The position numbers and the translations under genes were made by a program. A stretch of 24,751 bases of DNA, from the IMG/VR virus record IMGVR_UViG_3300020045_000647, positions 1 through 24,751 of that record. One strand, written 5' to 3'. Positions 16,630 through 24,751 of the stretch are shown in pieces. This DNA is from a virus (lineage: Duplodnaviria > Caudoviricetes). Numbering within the stretch: the stretch's first letter is position 1; each line of letters starts with the position of its first letter. The notes under the pieces were generated by a model that worked only from the letters and a program-made list of their open reading frames with translations, did not search any database and had not been told where the DNA came from.

Positions 16630-16687
16630 AACAGTCATACACACTTTAAACTAATCTTAGAGTAATCAATTAGTGTGTATAACTGTT
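16630..16687 (-). promoter_or_regulatory. Long 5' leader hairpin of the capsid transcript
   Basis: AACAGTTATACACACT pairs with AGTGTGTATGACTGTT (16 bp, one G-U), plus an inner ~8-bp stem, starting at about +6 of the phi10-like transcript. Confidence 0.7.
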
Positions 16688-16709
16688 CTCCCTATAGTGA
16701 GGGTTAATA
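16687..16709 (-). promoter_or_regulatory. Phage RNAP class III promoter, phi10 equivalent
   Basis: TATTAACCCTCACTATAGGGAGA upstream of the capsid gene; 29 bp (16687-16715) identical to 20649-20677. Confidence 0.95.
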
Positions 16710-16738
16710 GAATTAATAAGGTTAGTAGAGAAACTGTC

Positions 16739-17581
16739 TTAGAACCGAGAGGCTCCTACACGTTTCTCAACTTCGATGCGGTAAGCTTGGTCTGTTTGGT
16801 AACGCTTATCAGACATCGCTTTGACCATCTCAGAGGAGTTAGCGAAAGGTTGGACTGAAGGTGAAGGAGCAGCTACTACAGGCTTAGCCCGAGTAGTTAC
16901 ATCACGAGCAGGTTTAACACCAAACATCGAGGTCATCTGTGCTTTAGTCGTATTGAGGATAGCTTTAATAGCCTTAACGTCAGTACGCTCCACAGCCTCA
17001 TTAAAGGCTTCTGCAAGCTCCTTATTGTGAGTACCCATGAAAGAAGCTGTGCGTTCAAACTCCTTCTTACCCCCAACAAAGTTATACAAGCTGTTTACGA
17101 AACGTTCAGCTAAAGCATCCTGACCTCGTACATAAGAATCAACGAATGTCTTTGAGTAGCCAACCTTAGCTAATGCCTCGTAGGTCTTCTCTGAGAATCC
17201 TTCACCTTTCTCGTACTCACTCTGTAGGATTTCCTTGATGTTAGGTGGAAGACCTTTAGCAATAGCTTCCTCTACCAAAGCATTCTGCTCAGACATGTAG
17301 TTCTTAAAGTCTGTACCAGCAGTATCAACATCAACGATATCAGGGTCTACTTCGGGTGTTGTAGCAGGTAGCTCTTCTTCCTCCTCTGGGACCACTTCCT
17401 CTTTAGGTTCTTCTACCAGTTCTTCTTCTTCTTCCTGTGGTTCAATCTGAATTAAATCATCGCCATCACGAACTGATACTGGAAGTTGAAGCATAGCCTT
17501 CTCATGGTCTGTCAAAGAGTCTTCGCCACTTCCTACTACAGCATCAGTGCTTCCACCAAACTCTTTATAAATATCTGTCAC
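16739..17581 (-). CDS. gp9: Capsid scaffolding protein (T7 gp9 homologue)
   Basis: DHEKAMLQLPVSVRDGDD, Glu-rich tract, C-terminal EMVKAMSDKRYQTDQAYRIEVEKRV; GTG start. Confidence 0.95.
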   Translation of the reverse strand: MTDIYKEFGGSTDAVVGSGEDSLTDHEKAMLQLPVSVRDGDDLIQIEPQEEEEELVEEPKEEVVPEEEEELPATTPEVDPDIVDVDTAGTDFKNYMSEQNALVEEAIAKGLPPNIKEILQSEYEKGEGFSEKTYEALAKVGYSKTFVDSYVRGQDALAERFVNSLYNFVGGKKEFERTASFMGTHNKELAEAFNEAVERTDVKAIKAILNTTKAQMTSMFGVKPARDVTTRAKPVVAAPSPSVQPFANSSEMVKAMSDKRYQTDQAYRIEVEKRVGASRF

Positions 17582-17597
17582 TTAATGTATCTCCTTA

Positions 17598-19217
17598 TTA
17601 TGGGCCAGTTACTTGGCCTTGAGTCATACCTGCTTGTGCTGCTGCTTGGGCCATAGCCTCTGGGTCACTCATGGCCACCCCAGCGTTAGCACCAGCAGCT
17701 TGAGCACCTGATTGCATAGCTGTTTGAGTAGCTTGTTGCATCATCTCTTGGTTACGTTCCTCTTGGGTCTTAAGCATACCCGAGGTATCGATACCTAAGG
17801 AGTTAGCTATACGCATCTTAACGTTAGTCATATTAATATCAGGGTCTTGTACACCAGCTAACGGTAAGATAATCGTTAAGAACTGTTGAAGTTTATCCAA
17901 ATCATGACCACGACCTAATGCCTCAAGCCCAGTAGCCACCGCAGGTTCAAGAGCCTCTTTAGGTAAATCAGGAATCTTAGAGACTGCCTGTAAGCCTTTC
18001 AGTAGGATTTTAACCAGAGGTAGCTGTAGTTCTTGGGTCAGAACTGAGTAGACACCACCAAGAGTATCCTCAAGTTCACCTGCAACATAACGTATCTCCT
18101 CAGCTGTAACTCGCTCACCATTACGTTGAACAGCAGAGTTAAGCATGAAGGCATACGATAGACGACCTTCGATTGACTCAGAGATTTGCTTAGCGATATT
18201 GAAGTCTTGGTATTTTTCTAATTGGAATACTTCAACATCCTGCTTACGGCCAGCAACAAAGTCCCCAGTGTTAGCATTAGTTAATCGTCTAACCTGAGTG
18301 ATACCGTTAGGATTCACAAGGAACAATACCTTAGCAGCAATCATTGACATCTTAACCATAGCCTCATAGAGGTTCTCAAGGGACTTCAAGTCACCTAAGT
18401 ATTCCTCACAGAAGGAACGGCCATAGTCTTCACCATCAACCTTAATCATCCGAACAGGTAACCAAGGCATTGAGTCTTTCGGGTACTGACCATCAGTCCC
18501 TTCAATCTCTACACCCTCAAGTTCCTGATACGAGAGGTACTCACCAGACTCTTCATCTAAGTAGATATGAGTGTAGATTGTCAATTCATCCTCAGGCTTA
18601 CGCTCACCTTCCCCTTTGACAGCATTCTTAATGTCTTCCTCAAGCGCACCATAAGCAATCTTATCGATAGTAACAATCTGTAAGACATTACTATAGGTAT
18701 CACGTTCAACTACATAAGAGCTTAACCTGTAGAGCTTCATAGGGGAATACGGAGAGTCCATAGCCATAGGGATGTGCAATAGACCATTACCCGCCACTAT
18801 TAACTGTTTCATTAACTCAAAAGCTGTCACTCGGAAACTATTAGCTTCCATGTAGTTCATTACAATACGTTCAACCATCGAAAGGCCTTCATCAACCTTA
18901 GTCAGTTGAGCAGGGTCATTCACCAAAGCCTTCGCTTGGAACTCCGATAGGTTTAACCGGAAGAATGGTGTATTAATAGGGAACATTGCTAACATTAACT
19001 TAGAGGCCAAGTTGTTTAGACCACGAGCACCTACTGATTGCCAAGGCGTGGTATAGTCTGTACTCGCACCATCAGAAGACTTAGGGAACAACGATGGGAT
19101 AGTATACTTAGCACAAGACTCTGCTCGTGTTTCATAAGGTTGACGTGTAGAAGCCAATCGGTCATAGACTACTTTAGCACCATTAGCCGCTAAACCAGTA
19201 CGTGTTGTAGTTGCCAT
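17598..19217 (-). CDS. gp8: Portal / head-tail connector (T7 gp8 homologue)
   Basis: YTIPSLFPK...TPWQSVGARGLNNLASKL...ERVTAEEIRYVAGELEDTLGGVYS. Confidence 0.98.
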   Translation of the reverse strand: MATTTRTGLAANGAKVVYDRLASTRQPYETRAESCAKYTIPSLFPKSSDGASTDYTTPWQSVGARGLNNLASKLMLAMFPINTPFFRLNLSEFQAKALVNDPAQLTKVDEGLSMVERIVMNYMEANSFRVTAFELMKQLIVAGNGLLHIPMAMDSPYSPMKLYRLSSYVVERDTYSNVLQIVTIDKIAYGALEEDIKNAVKGEGERKPEDELTIYTHIYLDEESGEYLSYQELEGVEIEGTDGQYPKDSMPWLPVRMIKVDGEDYGRSFCEEYLGDLKSLENLYEAMVKMSMIAAKVLFLVNPNGITQVRRLTNANTGDFVAGRKQDVEVFQLEKYQDFNIAKQISESIEGRLSYAFMLNSAVQRNGERVTAEEIRYVAGELEDTLGGVYSVLTQELQLPLVKILLKGLQAVSKIPDLPKEALEPAVATGLEALGRGHDLDKLQQFLTIILPLAGVQDPDINMTNVKMRIANSLGIDTSGMLKTQEERNQEMMQQATQTAMQSGAQAAGANAGVAMSDPEAMAQAAAQAGMTQGQVTGP

Positions 19218-19241
19218 AGTGGCCAGTCCTCCTCGTCGTTA

Positions 19242-19550
19242 TTAAACATTAAGACCACCACCAGATGCTCGTGAGACAGTTAATGACTTCTTACCTTTAG
19301 CTGACCGTAGGAGACCTTTACGCTTAGAGACGTCCTCTGTGGAGGTATCCGCTGTAGTACCTGCTACCGTAACATCAGAAGCTGCTGGTGCTGTTGTAGT
19401 CCCTGCTGCTGCCTCTGTGGAAGCTGTAGCTGCTGAAGGCTTAACTACCTTTGAGACAATACCTAAAGGGTCTATAGCGTTCTTAACAGAAGAGAAGGGC
19501 TTTGTGATTGACTTAGTGATATTCTTTACAAGCTTTGAGGCTCCACCCAT
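19242..19550 (-). CDS. gp7.3: Virion/tail assembly protein (T7 gp7.3 homologue)
   Basis: MG start, Ala/Thr-rich centre, C-terminal GKKSLTVSRASGGGLNV as in gp7.3; directly before portal. Confidence 0.9.
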   Translation of the reverse strand: MGGASKLVKNITKSITKPFSSVKNAIDPLGIVSKVVKPSAATASTEAAAGTTTAPAASDVTVAGTTADTSTEDVSKRKGLLRSAKGKKSLTVSRASGGGLNV

Positions 19551-19555
19551 AGTTA

Positions 19556-19996
19556 TTACTTAACCTCCTTTACAATATGTTTATGAATATAAGGAGTTAT
19601 CTTAGAGACTCTCTTATAGTATCTTACACCGTACTCCTTGCAGAACTTCTTGAAGATAGACACAATAGTCTTAGTAACTTCAGGGTCCCCTCGGTACGCA
19701 TTAGGAATCCATAAGATAGACGCTACAGCCATTTTGCCATAGTGAATATCTGAATGGACTTGTAGGACAATAGCTCCAAAGTGTCTACCCCCAAAATCCT
19801 TAAGGTAATACTCGACTCTATCAGAAGAACACACAACATCCTTTAACGCTGTGTAGTAGTCTAAGAAGAACTCAAAGGAATCGAGTATCTCCTTATTAGC
19901 TTCGTACTCCATAAGAGAGCCTAAGGCAATCTCCTTAGGAAACTCAAAGGTATCCTCAGAGTGAGACTTAAAGTATTCATCGAAAGTAATAGACAT
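19556..19996 (-). CDS. gp7: T7 gp7-like protein (host-range associated)
   Basis: RVEYYLKDFGGRHFGAIVLQVHSDIHYG parallels T7 gp7 REEYILDSTGKHVAYFAWCVSCDIHHKG; ends in KEVK. The second ATG (19996) is preferred on SD spacing; the track starts at 20005. Confidence 0.75.
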   Translation of the reverse strand: MSITFDEYFKSHSEDTFEFPKEIALGSLMEYEANKEILDSFEFFLDYYTALKDVVCSSDRVEYYLKDFGGRHFGAIVLQVHSDIHYGKMAVASILWIPNAYRGDPEVTKTIVSIFKKFCKEYGVRYYKRVSKITPYIHKHIVKEVK

Positions 19997-20007
19997 AATC
20001 AGCATCC

Positions 20008-20259
20008 TTACTTAGTGGTGTTGAACCCAAGGTTAGCACCTGTGGTAGTTGAGGTGACTGGAGCATCTGCAAGTTTAATCTTTAAGGCAGACTTACCTGT
20101 CTTGTTCTCTTTGTTACTCCCAGTACCTAACCCAGAGTTCTCCTCATCAGACCCACCAAGGACTGCTGGTTCTGGTGTGGGTAATTCATTGATAGGCGTA
20201 GCGGCAACTGCTGGTGTTGCCACCGTTGGTACTGATACTTTAGGCGAGAAGAAACACAC
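20008..20259 (-). CDS. gp6.7: Virion protein (T7 gp6.7 homologue)
   Basis: MCFFSPKV start, LGGSDE and GKSALKI motifs; GTG start. Confidence 0.88.
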   Translation of the reverse strand: MCFFSPKVSVPTVATPAVAATPINELPTPEPAVLGGSDEENSGLGTGSNKENKTGKSALKIKLADAPVTSTTTGANLGFNTTK

Positions 20260-20271
20260 CTGTAGACCTCC

Positions 20272-20514
20272 TTATGTATTCTTATTGTCTTGATTATCTA
20301 TCATGATATCAATCTGCTGTCTGGCAAACCCTAAGCCTGCCAAGAAGCCTAACAAGAAGCCTTCTGAACGAACTACGTTAGGGTCACTAAGTAGACCTTG
20401 AGAAATCTGAGTGTCAGCACTGTAGCGATTCTTAAGGTATTCAGCTAAACGTTTACTAATGATAGGAGCTTGTGGTTCACTTGTAGTATCTTCATTACTG
20501 TTATTAATATACAT
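20272..20514 (-). CDS. gp6.5: T7 gp6.5 homologue
   Basis: AEYLKNRY...SEGFLLGFLAGLGFA parallels T7 6.5 (AEYLQVRF...SEAHILGFIQGLQYA); first gene after the phi6.5-like promoter. Confidence 0.85.
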   Translation of the reverse strand: MYINNSNEDTTSEPQAPIISKRLAEYLKNRYSADTQISQGLLSDPNVVRSEGFLLGFLAGLGFARQQIDIMIDNQDNKNT

Positions 20515-20543
20515 ATTAGAATATCCTTCTTAAGGGTAGAACT

Positions 20544-20603
20544 CTTTAGTTTATCTTTAAGTAAACACCTATCAACTGGAGCATACTTAAAGATAAACTA
20601 AAG
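20544..20603. repeat. Perfect 20-bp inverted repeat with 20-nt spacer
   Basis: CTTTAGTTTATCTTTAAGTA (20544-20563) and TACTTAAAGATAAACTAAAG (20584-20603). Confidence 0.92.
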
Positions 20604-20629
20604 GTATACTTATAGTATATACCTTTAGT
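20597..20629 (-). promoter_or_regulatory. Hairpin, probable RNase III site (R6.5 equivalent)
   Basis: 12-bp perfect stem ACTAAAGGTATA/TATACCTTTAGT; starts with the same ACTAAAGGT as the two other RNase III-like hairpins; just downstream of the promoter. Confidence 0.6.
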
Positions 20630-20648
20630 CTTTACTTTATGACTACAA

Positions 20649-20671
20649 TCTCCCTATAGTGAGGGTTAATA
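20649..20671 (-). promoter_or_regulatory. Phage RNAP class III promoter, phi6.5 equivalent
   Basis: TATTAACCCTCACTATAGGGAGA, identical to the copy before the capsid gene. Confidence 0.95.
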
Positions 20672-20674
20672 GAA

Positions 20675-20911
20675 TTAGCTATAAACTGGATGGAATAACT
20701 TAGAGAACTTAGGGTCCTCTTTAGGATTCCATCGACACCGATATCCCTCTAAGATAATCTGTTGGGCTTCATTAAGACCACTTCGTTTGGTCTTCTTAGA
20801 GAGAGTCTTTAGCATACCTCGATTCGTAGTCTTCATCTTAGTCCACACAAATAGACTAACAATAAAGATTACAATAAAGGCTGTCATTAAGATTGTTGCG
20901 ATGGATTCCAT
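20675..20911 (-). CDS. Hypothetical membrane protein at the gp6.3 position
   Basis: 78 aa; N-terminal hydrophobic helix (IATILMTAFIVIFIVSLFVW) followed by a Lys/Arg-rich tail; SD AAGGAGGT; overlaps the gp6 3' end. Confidence 0.7.
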   Translation of the reverse strand: MESIATILMTAFIVIFIVSLFVWTKMKTTNRGMLKTLSKKTKRSGLNEAQQIILEGYRCRWNPKEDPKFSKLFHPVYS

Positions 20912-21774
20912 AGGATAACCTCCTTGGTATTAAAGTTATAATCAGTGGAACGGCATATACGAGCTACACGGGCCTGTGAGAGAACTTGTTGTTCATCCAT
21001 ACCAGCCTTGCGGCCTAACGATAGGATGCACTCCCAGAGGCTGTCAGTGGCTTCTGCTGGCTGTTTACTCCAGACTAATGTAGATTCCCCCTTACGTGGA
21101 CCAGACTTAAAGATTTTCTCTTCTTGGATAAACTTGTAGGGTTCTTTAAGGAACTCAACCGCAGTCTCAGAGCCAATCCCAGAGATACCCGAATAACCGT
21201 CTGTAGTGTCTCCCATTAAGGTTTGATACATATGCCAGTAGTCAGCATCCTCTTCAGACAACTGTAAGATTTCACCTGTAGTCATCCAAAAGAATTCACA
21301 AGGAATAGTCTTGAAGTCTTTATCAGGAGAACAGATAGTAGCTGACTCACAGCCAATAAGTTTAGGCATAGTAGCCAGAATACCCATACAATCATCACCT
21401 TCCAGTGTTGGTCGTAGAAAACTATTCCACTCCTCATGAGCCATTACCTTCTCGACAAACTCATAGTATCCTACAGGTTTACGTGTGCCCTTACGGTTAG
21501 ACTTATAGGTCGGTAAGACTTCCTTACGCCAGTTAGTCTTATCAGTAAAGCACATGACCAGTTTACTATCTAACCAGCTTTTCTTACGGTTTCTGATAGC
21601 TTCCACTGAGCCCTCAAGGATACTCCAAGCCTTCGCATGGTCACATTCGAGAGTCCAGATGTCAGTACCCTTCCACTCGAATTCTGTCTCAGCAGCACTC
21701 ATAGCTTGGAAAACCAAGAAGTCACCATCTAAGATTAAAGCATGTTGTTTGTTCTTACTATCGGATTTAGCCAA
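20887..21774 (-). CDS. gp6: 5'-3' exonuclease (T7 gp6 homologue)
   Basis: LDGDFLVFQAMSAAE, NWRK...YKSNRK, LEGDDCMG, DKDFKTIP, GDTTDGYSG. Start reassigned to TTG at 21774 behind AAGGAGGT; the track's 21864 start overlaps the upstream gene. Confidence 0.95.
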   Translation of the reverse strand: MAKSDSKNKQHALILDGDFLVFQAMSAAETEFEWKGTDIWTLECDHAKAWSILEGSVEAIRNRKKSWLDSKLVMCFTDKTNWRKEVLPTYKSNRKGTRKPVGYYEFVEKVMAHEEWNSFLRPTLEGDDCMGILATMPKLIGCESATICSPDKDFKTIPCEFFWMTTGEILQLSEEDADYWHMYQTLMGDTTDGYSGISGIGSETAVEFLKEPYKFIQEEKIFKSGPRKGESTLVWSKQPAEATDSLWECILSLGRKAGMDEQQVLSQARVARICRSTDYNFNTKEVILWNPSQQS

Positions 21775-22018
21775 AAGTAAATACCTCCTTGATTTTAATC
21801 TTGAGTTTAGCCCACTTGGAGTACTCAAAGAAGTTAGCGTTAGGGCCACACTTAAGGTAATCAAATCTCATATTAAAAGCCCTGTTTGTTCTCACTGTGT
21901 ATTCACCATGAATCACGCTATGCATTTTCTCTAAGGTTGATGGATGGCGGCAGTCATGATAAACACTTCCATTGTAATACTTGCAGTCCTTACAAATAGG
22001 TTTCTCAGAGTTGTCCAT
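21767..22018 (-). CDS. Hypothetical Cys-rich protein at the gp5.9 position
   Basis: CKDCKYY...CRHP...CGP; fills the gap between gp5.7 and gp6; start uncertain (ATG 22018 chosen). Confidence 0.65.
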   Translation of the reverse strand: MDNSEKPICKDCKYYNGSVYHDCRHPSTLEKMHSVIHGEYTVRTNRAFNMRFDYLKCGPNANFFEYSKWAKLKIKIKEVFTFG

Positions 22019-22226
22019 AAGATTTACACTCATTGTTAGAGATAAACAGCACACCTAATGTAGTCACGTGCCACATATTAGTGTTACGACCATTAGTATC
22101 CAAGCAGGAGATATGACCACGACTTGCAGCCTCTGCTATAAGATTACTATTAGAACGAGCAAAGTTAGACTGAAAGGTTCTCCGCTCGTTACGGAGAGCC
22201 TGTAGCATCTTTAAGTATTCAGTCAT
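22005..22226 (-). CDS. gp5.7: T7 gp5.7 homologue (host RNA polymerase inhibitor)
   Basis: MTEYLKMLQAL...TFQSNF...AEAASRGHISCL...GRN...W is close to T7 5.7. Confidence 0.93.
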   Translation of the reverse strand: MTEYLKMLQALRNERRTFQSNFARSNSNLIAEAASRGHISCLDTNGRNTNMWHVTTLGVLFISNNECKSYGQL

Positions 22227-22518
22227 GTGGTGTGAATTCTACGGACAATGGGGACATCTTAGAATTACACTCCTTGTTCAACTTCTTGATAATAGAGTCT
22301 TGGAACTCTTCACGTAAAGCACTTCGGGTTAGGACTTCAAGTGCAGACTCAATACCACCATTCTCATAGGCTGAGATTAGAGCATTATTGAATGGGAGAC
22401 GTTCCTCTTTAGATTGGGCCGCAGCTACCCGCAATTTCTTTGAGAACAGTACCACTTCCTCTTCATTGTAAACGATTTTACCAACTGATTTAACTTCAAA
22501 TTTCAATGTGATAGACAT
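22219..22518 (-). CDS. gp5.5: T7 gp5.5 homologue (H-NS-binding protein)
   Basis: 99 aa; MSITLKFEV..., GIESALEVLTRSALRE and terminal SP.SV pattern resemble T7 5.5; overlaps 5.7. Confidence 0.75.
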   Translation of the reverse strand: MSITLKFEVKSVGKIVYNEEEVVLFSKKLRVAAAQSKEERLPFNNALISAYENGGIESALEVLTRSALREEFQDSIIKKLNKECNSKMSPLSVEFTPHD

Positions 22519-22539
22519 ATAAGGTCTCCTTTGTATATG

Positions 22540-24585
22540 TTAGTGGCAATCAGCCCAGTTCTTACCGATTTTACCTTCGGTATCTAAACGACAACGGAAC
22601 TTAAAGTGTTCCCCAACTTCTCTCATAGATATCTGGCAGATTTCTACAATATGTTCAGCTATCTCCTTAGTCCGAGCAGCTATTTGGACTTCATCATGCA
22701 CCCACGCCATTAAGCAGAAATCACCACCCCAACCGTTCTTGTAGCCTGCTAACTTAATGTTTTCTACGAGTTTGATAACCCACAGTTTACAAATGATAGC
22801 ACCGGCAGATTGTAACAGTGTATTCAGAGCAGCGTGAGGTGAGCGCACATGGACCTTACGACCATCTAAACCCTTAACCCAACGCCTCTTCCACTTGACC
22901 ACATTCTCACCACCTACCCATTTAGACTCAGCAACAAGTGCAGACGATACAGCTTCCCTCAAAGAGTTAATAGCTGGGGTTCTCTCAAGGAATGTATTGA
23001 TGAGTTCTTTACCACGTTCCTTACCGGCATTGACTATAAGCCCAATCTTAGCAGCACCAGCACCATACAGGAACCCGTAGATAAACGTCTTAGCGTTATC
23101 TCGACAAGACTCATGGTAATCGTTGTGTTTGTCTCTTGGTTCATTAGGGGCAAGGCCAGCAGCTACAGCATTAGTCCAATGGACATCACCGTTCAAGATT
23201 GTATCAGCATAAGTACCGTTATCATAAGGGGACATAAAGTGAGCCAAGCAGCGTAGTTCAAGACCGCTTGCGTCCACACCAACTTGATACCAGCCTTTAT
23301 GACCAGCCCCAAATAGACTACGGCATTCCTTACCGAACTCAGCACGACCAGATGGAACCTGAGCGATATTAGGGTAGGAGTGAGTAGCACGTCCAGTAAC
23401 AGCACCGTTAGGGTTAACTGAACCATGCATCATCCCATCATCTTTAACTAAGCGTAACCAAGCGTTATCACCTTCAGCCAACTGGCCGATACACTTCTGG
23501 AGCAACAGGTAGCGTCTGATAAGGTCAATACACTCCTGAGCTTCAGGGTCTGCAAGTTTAACGTAACTTAATTGTTCATCATCAACTACAGGTTGTCCAG
23601 CATCAGTGAATTCTACAGGTTGCCAGCCGTTGTCTAATAGAACCTTAATGATATGCTGTCTGCTCGATGGATTGAATGTTACGAATTCTACTGGTGTATA
23701 TGGACGACCCTCAACGTATAGCCGAGTGTCTAACTCTGGGCCTTTCTTCTTGTTGACAACCTTCTTGTAAATACCACCAGCCTTCGGGTATTTAACCCTT
23801 GGATACTTGTGGAGCTCTACACCAGTTACCGGATGAAGGAACGCTTGAGTACCACCTTTAGGGTTATACCAAGAGCCAAACTTCTTGAGTAAGTGAATCT
23901 TAGCTAACTCACGTTCAGTAGCTAACTCTGAGTATAACTTCTCGGCCCCATTAGAATCAAATGGATAACCATTACGTTCCATCTCAGAGAGTACCCAAGC
24001 TGCACGATGTTCTAATCGCACACACTCCATCCAATCACCTTCTTTAGGGAAGTAATAGGTATCACCCATAATCTTCTCTAAGAGTCTCAGAGTAACCCGA
24101 ACGTCCTGAGCACAGTATTCCATCATAGGTTCATTGAAAGTCTCCCATGCTGCCTCCTGTTCACCATAATCACCTTTATAGAAACCTAAACGCATACCCC
24201 ATGCTTTCAAAGCGTGGGACCCATAGAGCTTACCAGTAATCTTACCCGAGCGTAGTAATCCTGCATCAGTATCTTTAATGTTCGAGTAGATTAGACGACA
24301 AGCAACCAGAGTATCAAATATCTTATTCTCTGGGATATCTAACTTGCGGTCTAACACTTTGTCAGCTAACTTAACGAGAGCCGGATGGTCATACTTAATC
24401 CCGTTGTGAAATACTAAGAGACCATCCGGCTTAGCAGCTTCTTCCTCAAGGTCCTTAATGTACTGCTGGAAATCCCAAGGTCTGTACCAAGTTTCTTCTT
24501 TAGTGAAGAAGTCAATGATAACAGCACAATGAAATTTAGATACTGTATCGAGTAGACCATCTGTTTCAATGTCTGTTATTTTCAT
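22540..24585 (-). CDS. gp5: DNA polymerase, family A, with 3'-5' exonuclease and thioredoxin-binding domain (T7 gp5 homologue)
   Basis: ExoI DIETDG; TBD FGSWYNPKGG...FNPSSR; motif A DASGLELR; motif B RDNAKTFIYGFLYGAG; motif C WVHDE. Confidence 0.98.
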   Translation of the reverse strand: MKITDIETDGLLDTVSKFHCAVIIDFFTKEETWYRPWDFQQYIKDLEEEAAKPDGLLVFHNGIKYDHPALVKLADKVLDRKLDIPENKIFDTLVACRLIYSNIKDTDAGLLRSGKITGKLYGSHALKAWGMRLGFYKGDYGEQEAAWETFNEPMMEYCAQDVRVTLRLLEKIMGDTYYFPKEGDWMECVRLEHRAAWVLSEMERNGYPFDSNGAEKLYSELATERELAKIHLLKKFGSWYNPKGGTQAFLHPVTGVELHKYPRVKYPKAGGIYKKVVNKKKGPELDTRLYVEGRPYTPVEFVTFNPSSRQHIIKVLLDNGWQPVEFTDAGQPVVDDEQLSYVKLADPEAQECIDLIRRYLLLQKCIGQLAEGDNAWLRLVKDDGMMHGSVNPNGAVTGRATHSYPNIAQVPSGRAEFGKECRSLFGAGHKGWYQVGVDASGLELRCLAHFMSPYDNGTYADTILNGDVHWTNAVAAGLAPNEPRDKHNDYHESCRDNAKTFIYGFLYGAGAAKIGLIVNAGKERGKELINTFLERTPAINSLREAVSSALVAESKWVGGENVVKWKRRWVKGLDGRKVHVRSPHAALNTLLQSAGAIICKLWVIKLVENIKLAGYKNGWGGDFCLMAWVHDEVQIAARTKEIAEHIVEICQISMREVGEHFKFRCRLDTEGKIGKNWADCH

Positions 24586-24604
24586 AGTTCTCCCTATTTA
24601 GTTG

Positions 24605-24751
24605 CTACTTGATTTCATACTTGAAGTCTACTGGGTACACATTTGAATAAGGATGGAGGCCATAGGCATAAATACGCACAGTTTCCTTTAGACGTTCCAA
24701 TACAGTACAAGAGTGGGTATTATGACCAATCTTGCACTTAACCTTGTCGCC
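24605..24751 (-). CDS. Hypothetical protein, 3' part only (start outside the window)
   Basis: Open frame from the edge: GDKVKCKIGHNTHSCTVLERLKETVRIYAYGLHPYSNVYPVDFKYEIK*, ending just before the gp5 RBS. Confidence 0.55.
   Translation of the reverse strand, partial: GDKVKCKIGHNTHSCTVLERLKETVRIYAYGLHPYSNVYPVDFKYEIK

Noticed and set aside
1378-23080. All plus-strand ORFs in the track (e.g. 3487-3894, 7607-7966, 13598-13954, 21554-21934)
   Set aside because: Antisense shadows of well-supported minus-strand genes; T7-like genomes are transcribed in one direction; no recognisable motifs.
22540-24585. Intron, intein or homing endonuclease in or beside the DNA polymerase
   Set aside because: The ORF is continuous at a normal 681 aa and gp5.5 follows within ~20 nt.
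24586-24610. ATAGGGAGA upstream of gp5 as a phage promoter
   Set aside because: The upstream part (AGCAACTAA) lacks the AACCCTCAC recognition region; explained as the gp5 ribosome-binding site.

Overview
A 24.7-kb stretch of a T7-like podophage genome (Autographiviridae, T7/T3-type gene order), with all genuine genes on the minus strand. Reading in the direction of transcription (high to low coordinates): partial small ORF, gp5 DNA polymerase, gp5.5, gp5.7, a Cys-rich ORF, gp6 exonuclease, a small membrane protein, gp6.5, gp6.7, gp7, gp7.3, gp8 portal, gp9 scaffold, gp10 capsid, Tphi-like terminator, gp11 and gp12 tail tube, an inserted deoxynucleoside kinase, gp13-gp16 internal virion proteins, gp17 tail fibre, two extra tail-type genes, a 53-aa ORF, holin, small terminase and the 5' part of the large terminase. 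Phage RNAP promoters (TATTAACCCTCACTATAGGGAGA) and T7-style RNase III hairpins are visible. Departures from the T7 plan: (i) two adjacent accessory genes share an ungapped ~82-aa N-terminal module but carry different C-terminal heads, one of them an Sf6-type tail-needle knob; (ii) a dNK-family kinase occupies the phi13 region; (iii) the large terminase has an apparent ATT start; (iv) there are no Rz/Rz1 spanin genes between gp18 and gp19. Homology calls rest on by-eye comparison with remembered T7/Sf6 sequences and on synteny, not on database searches.
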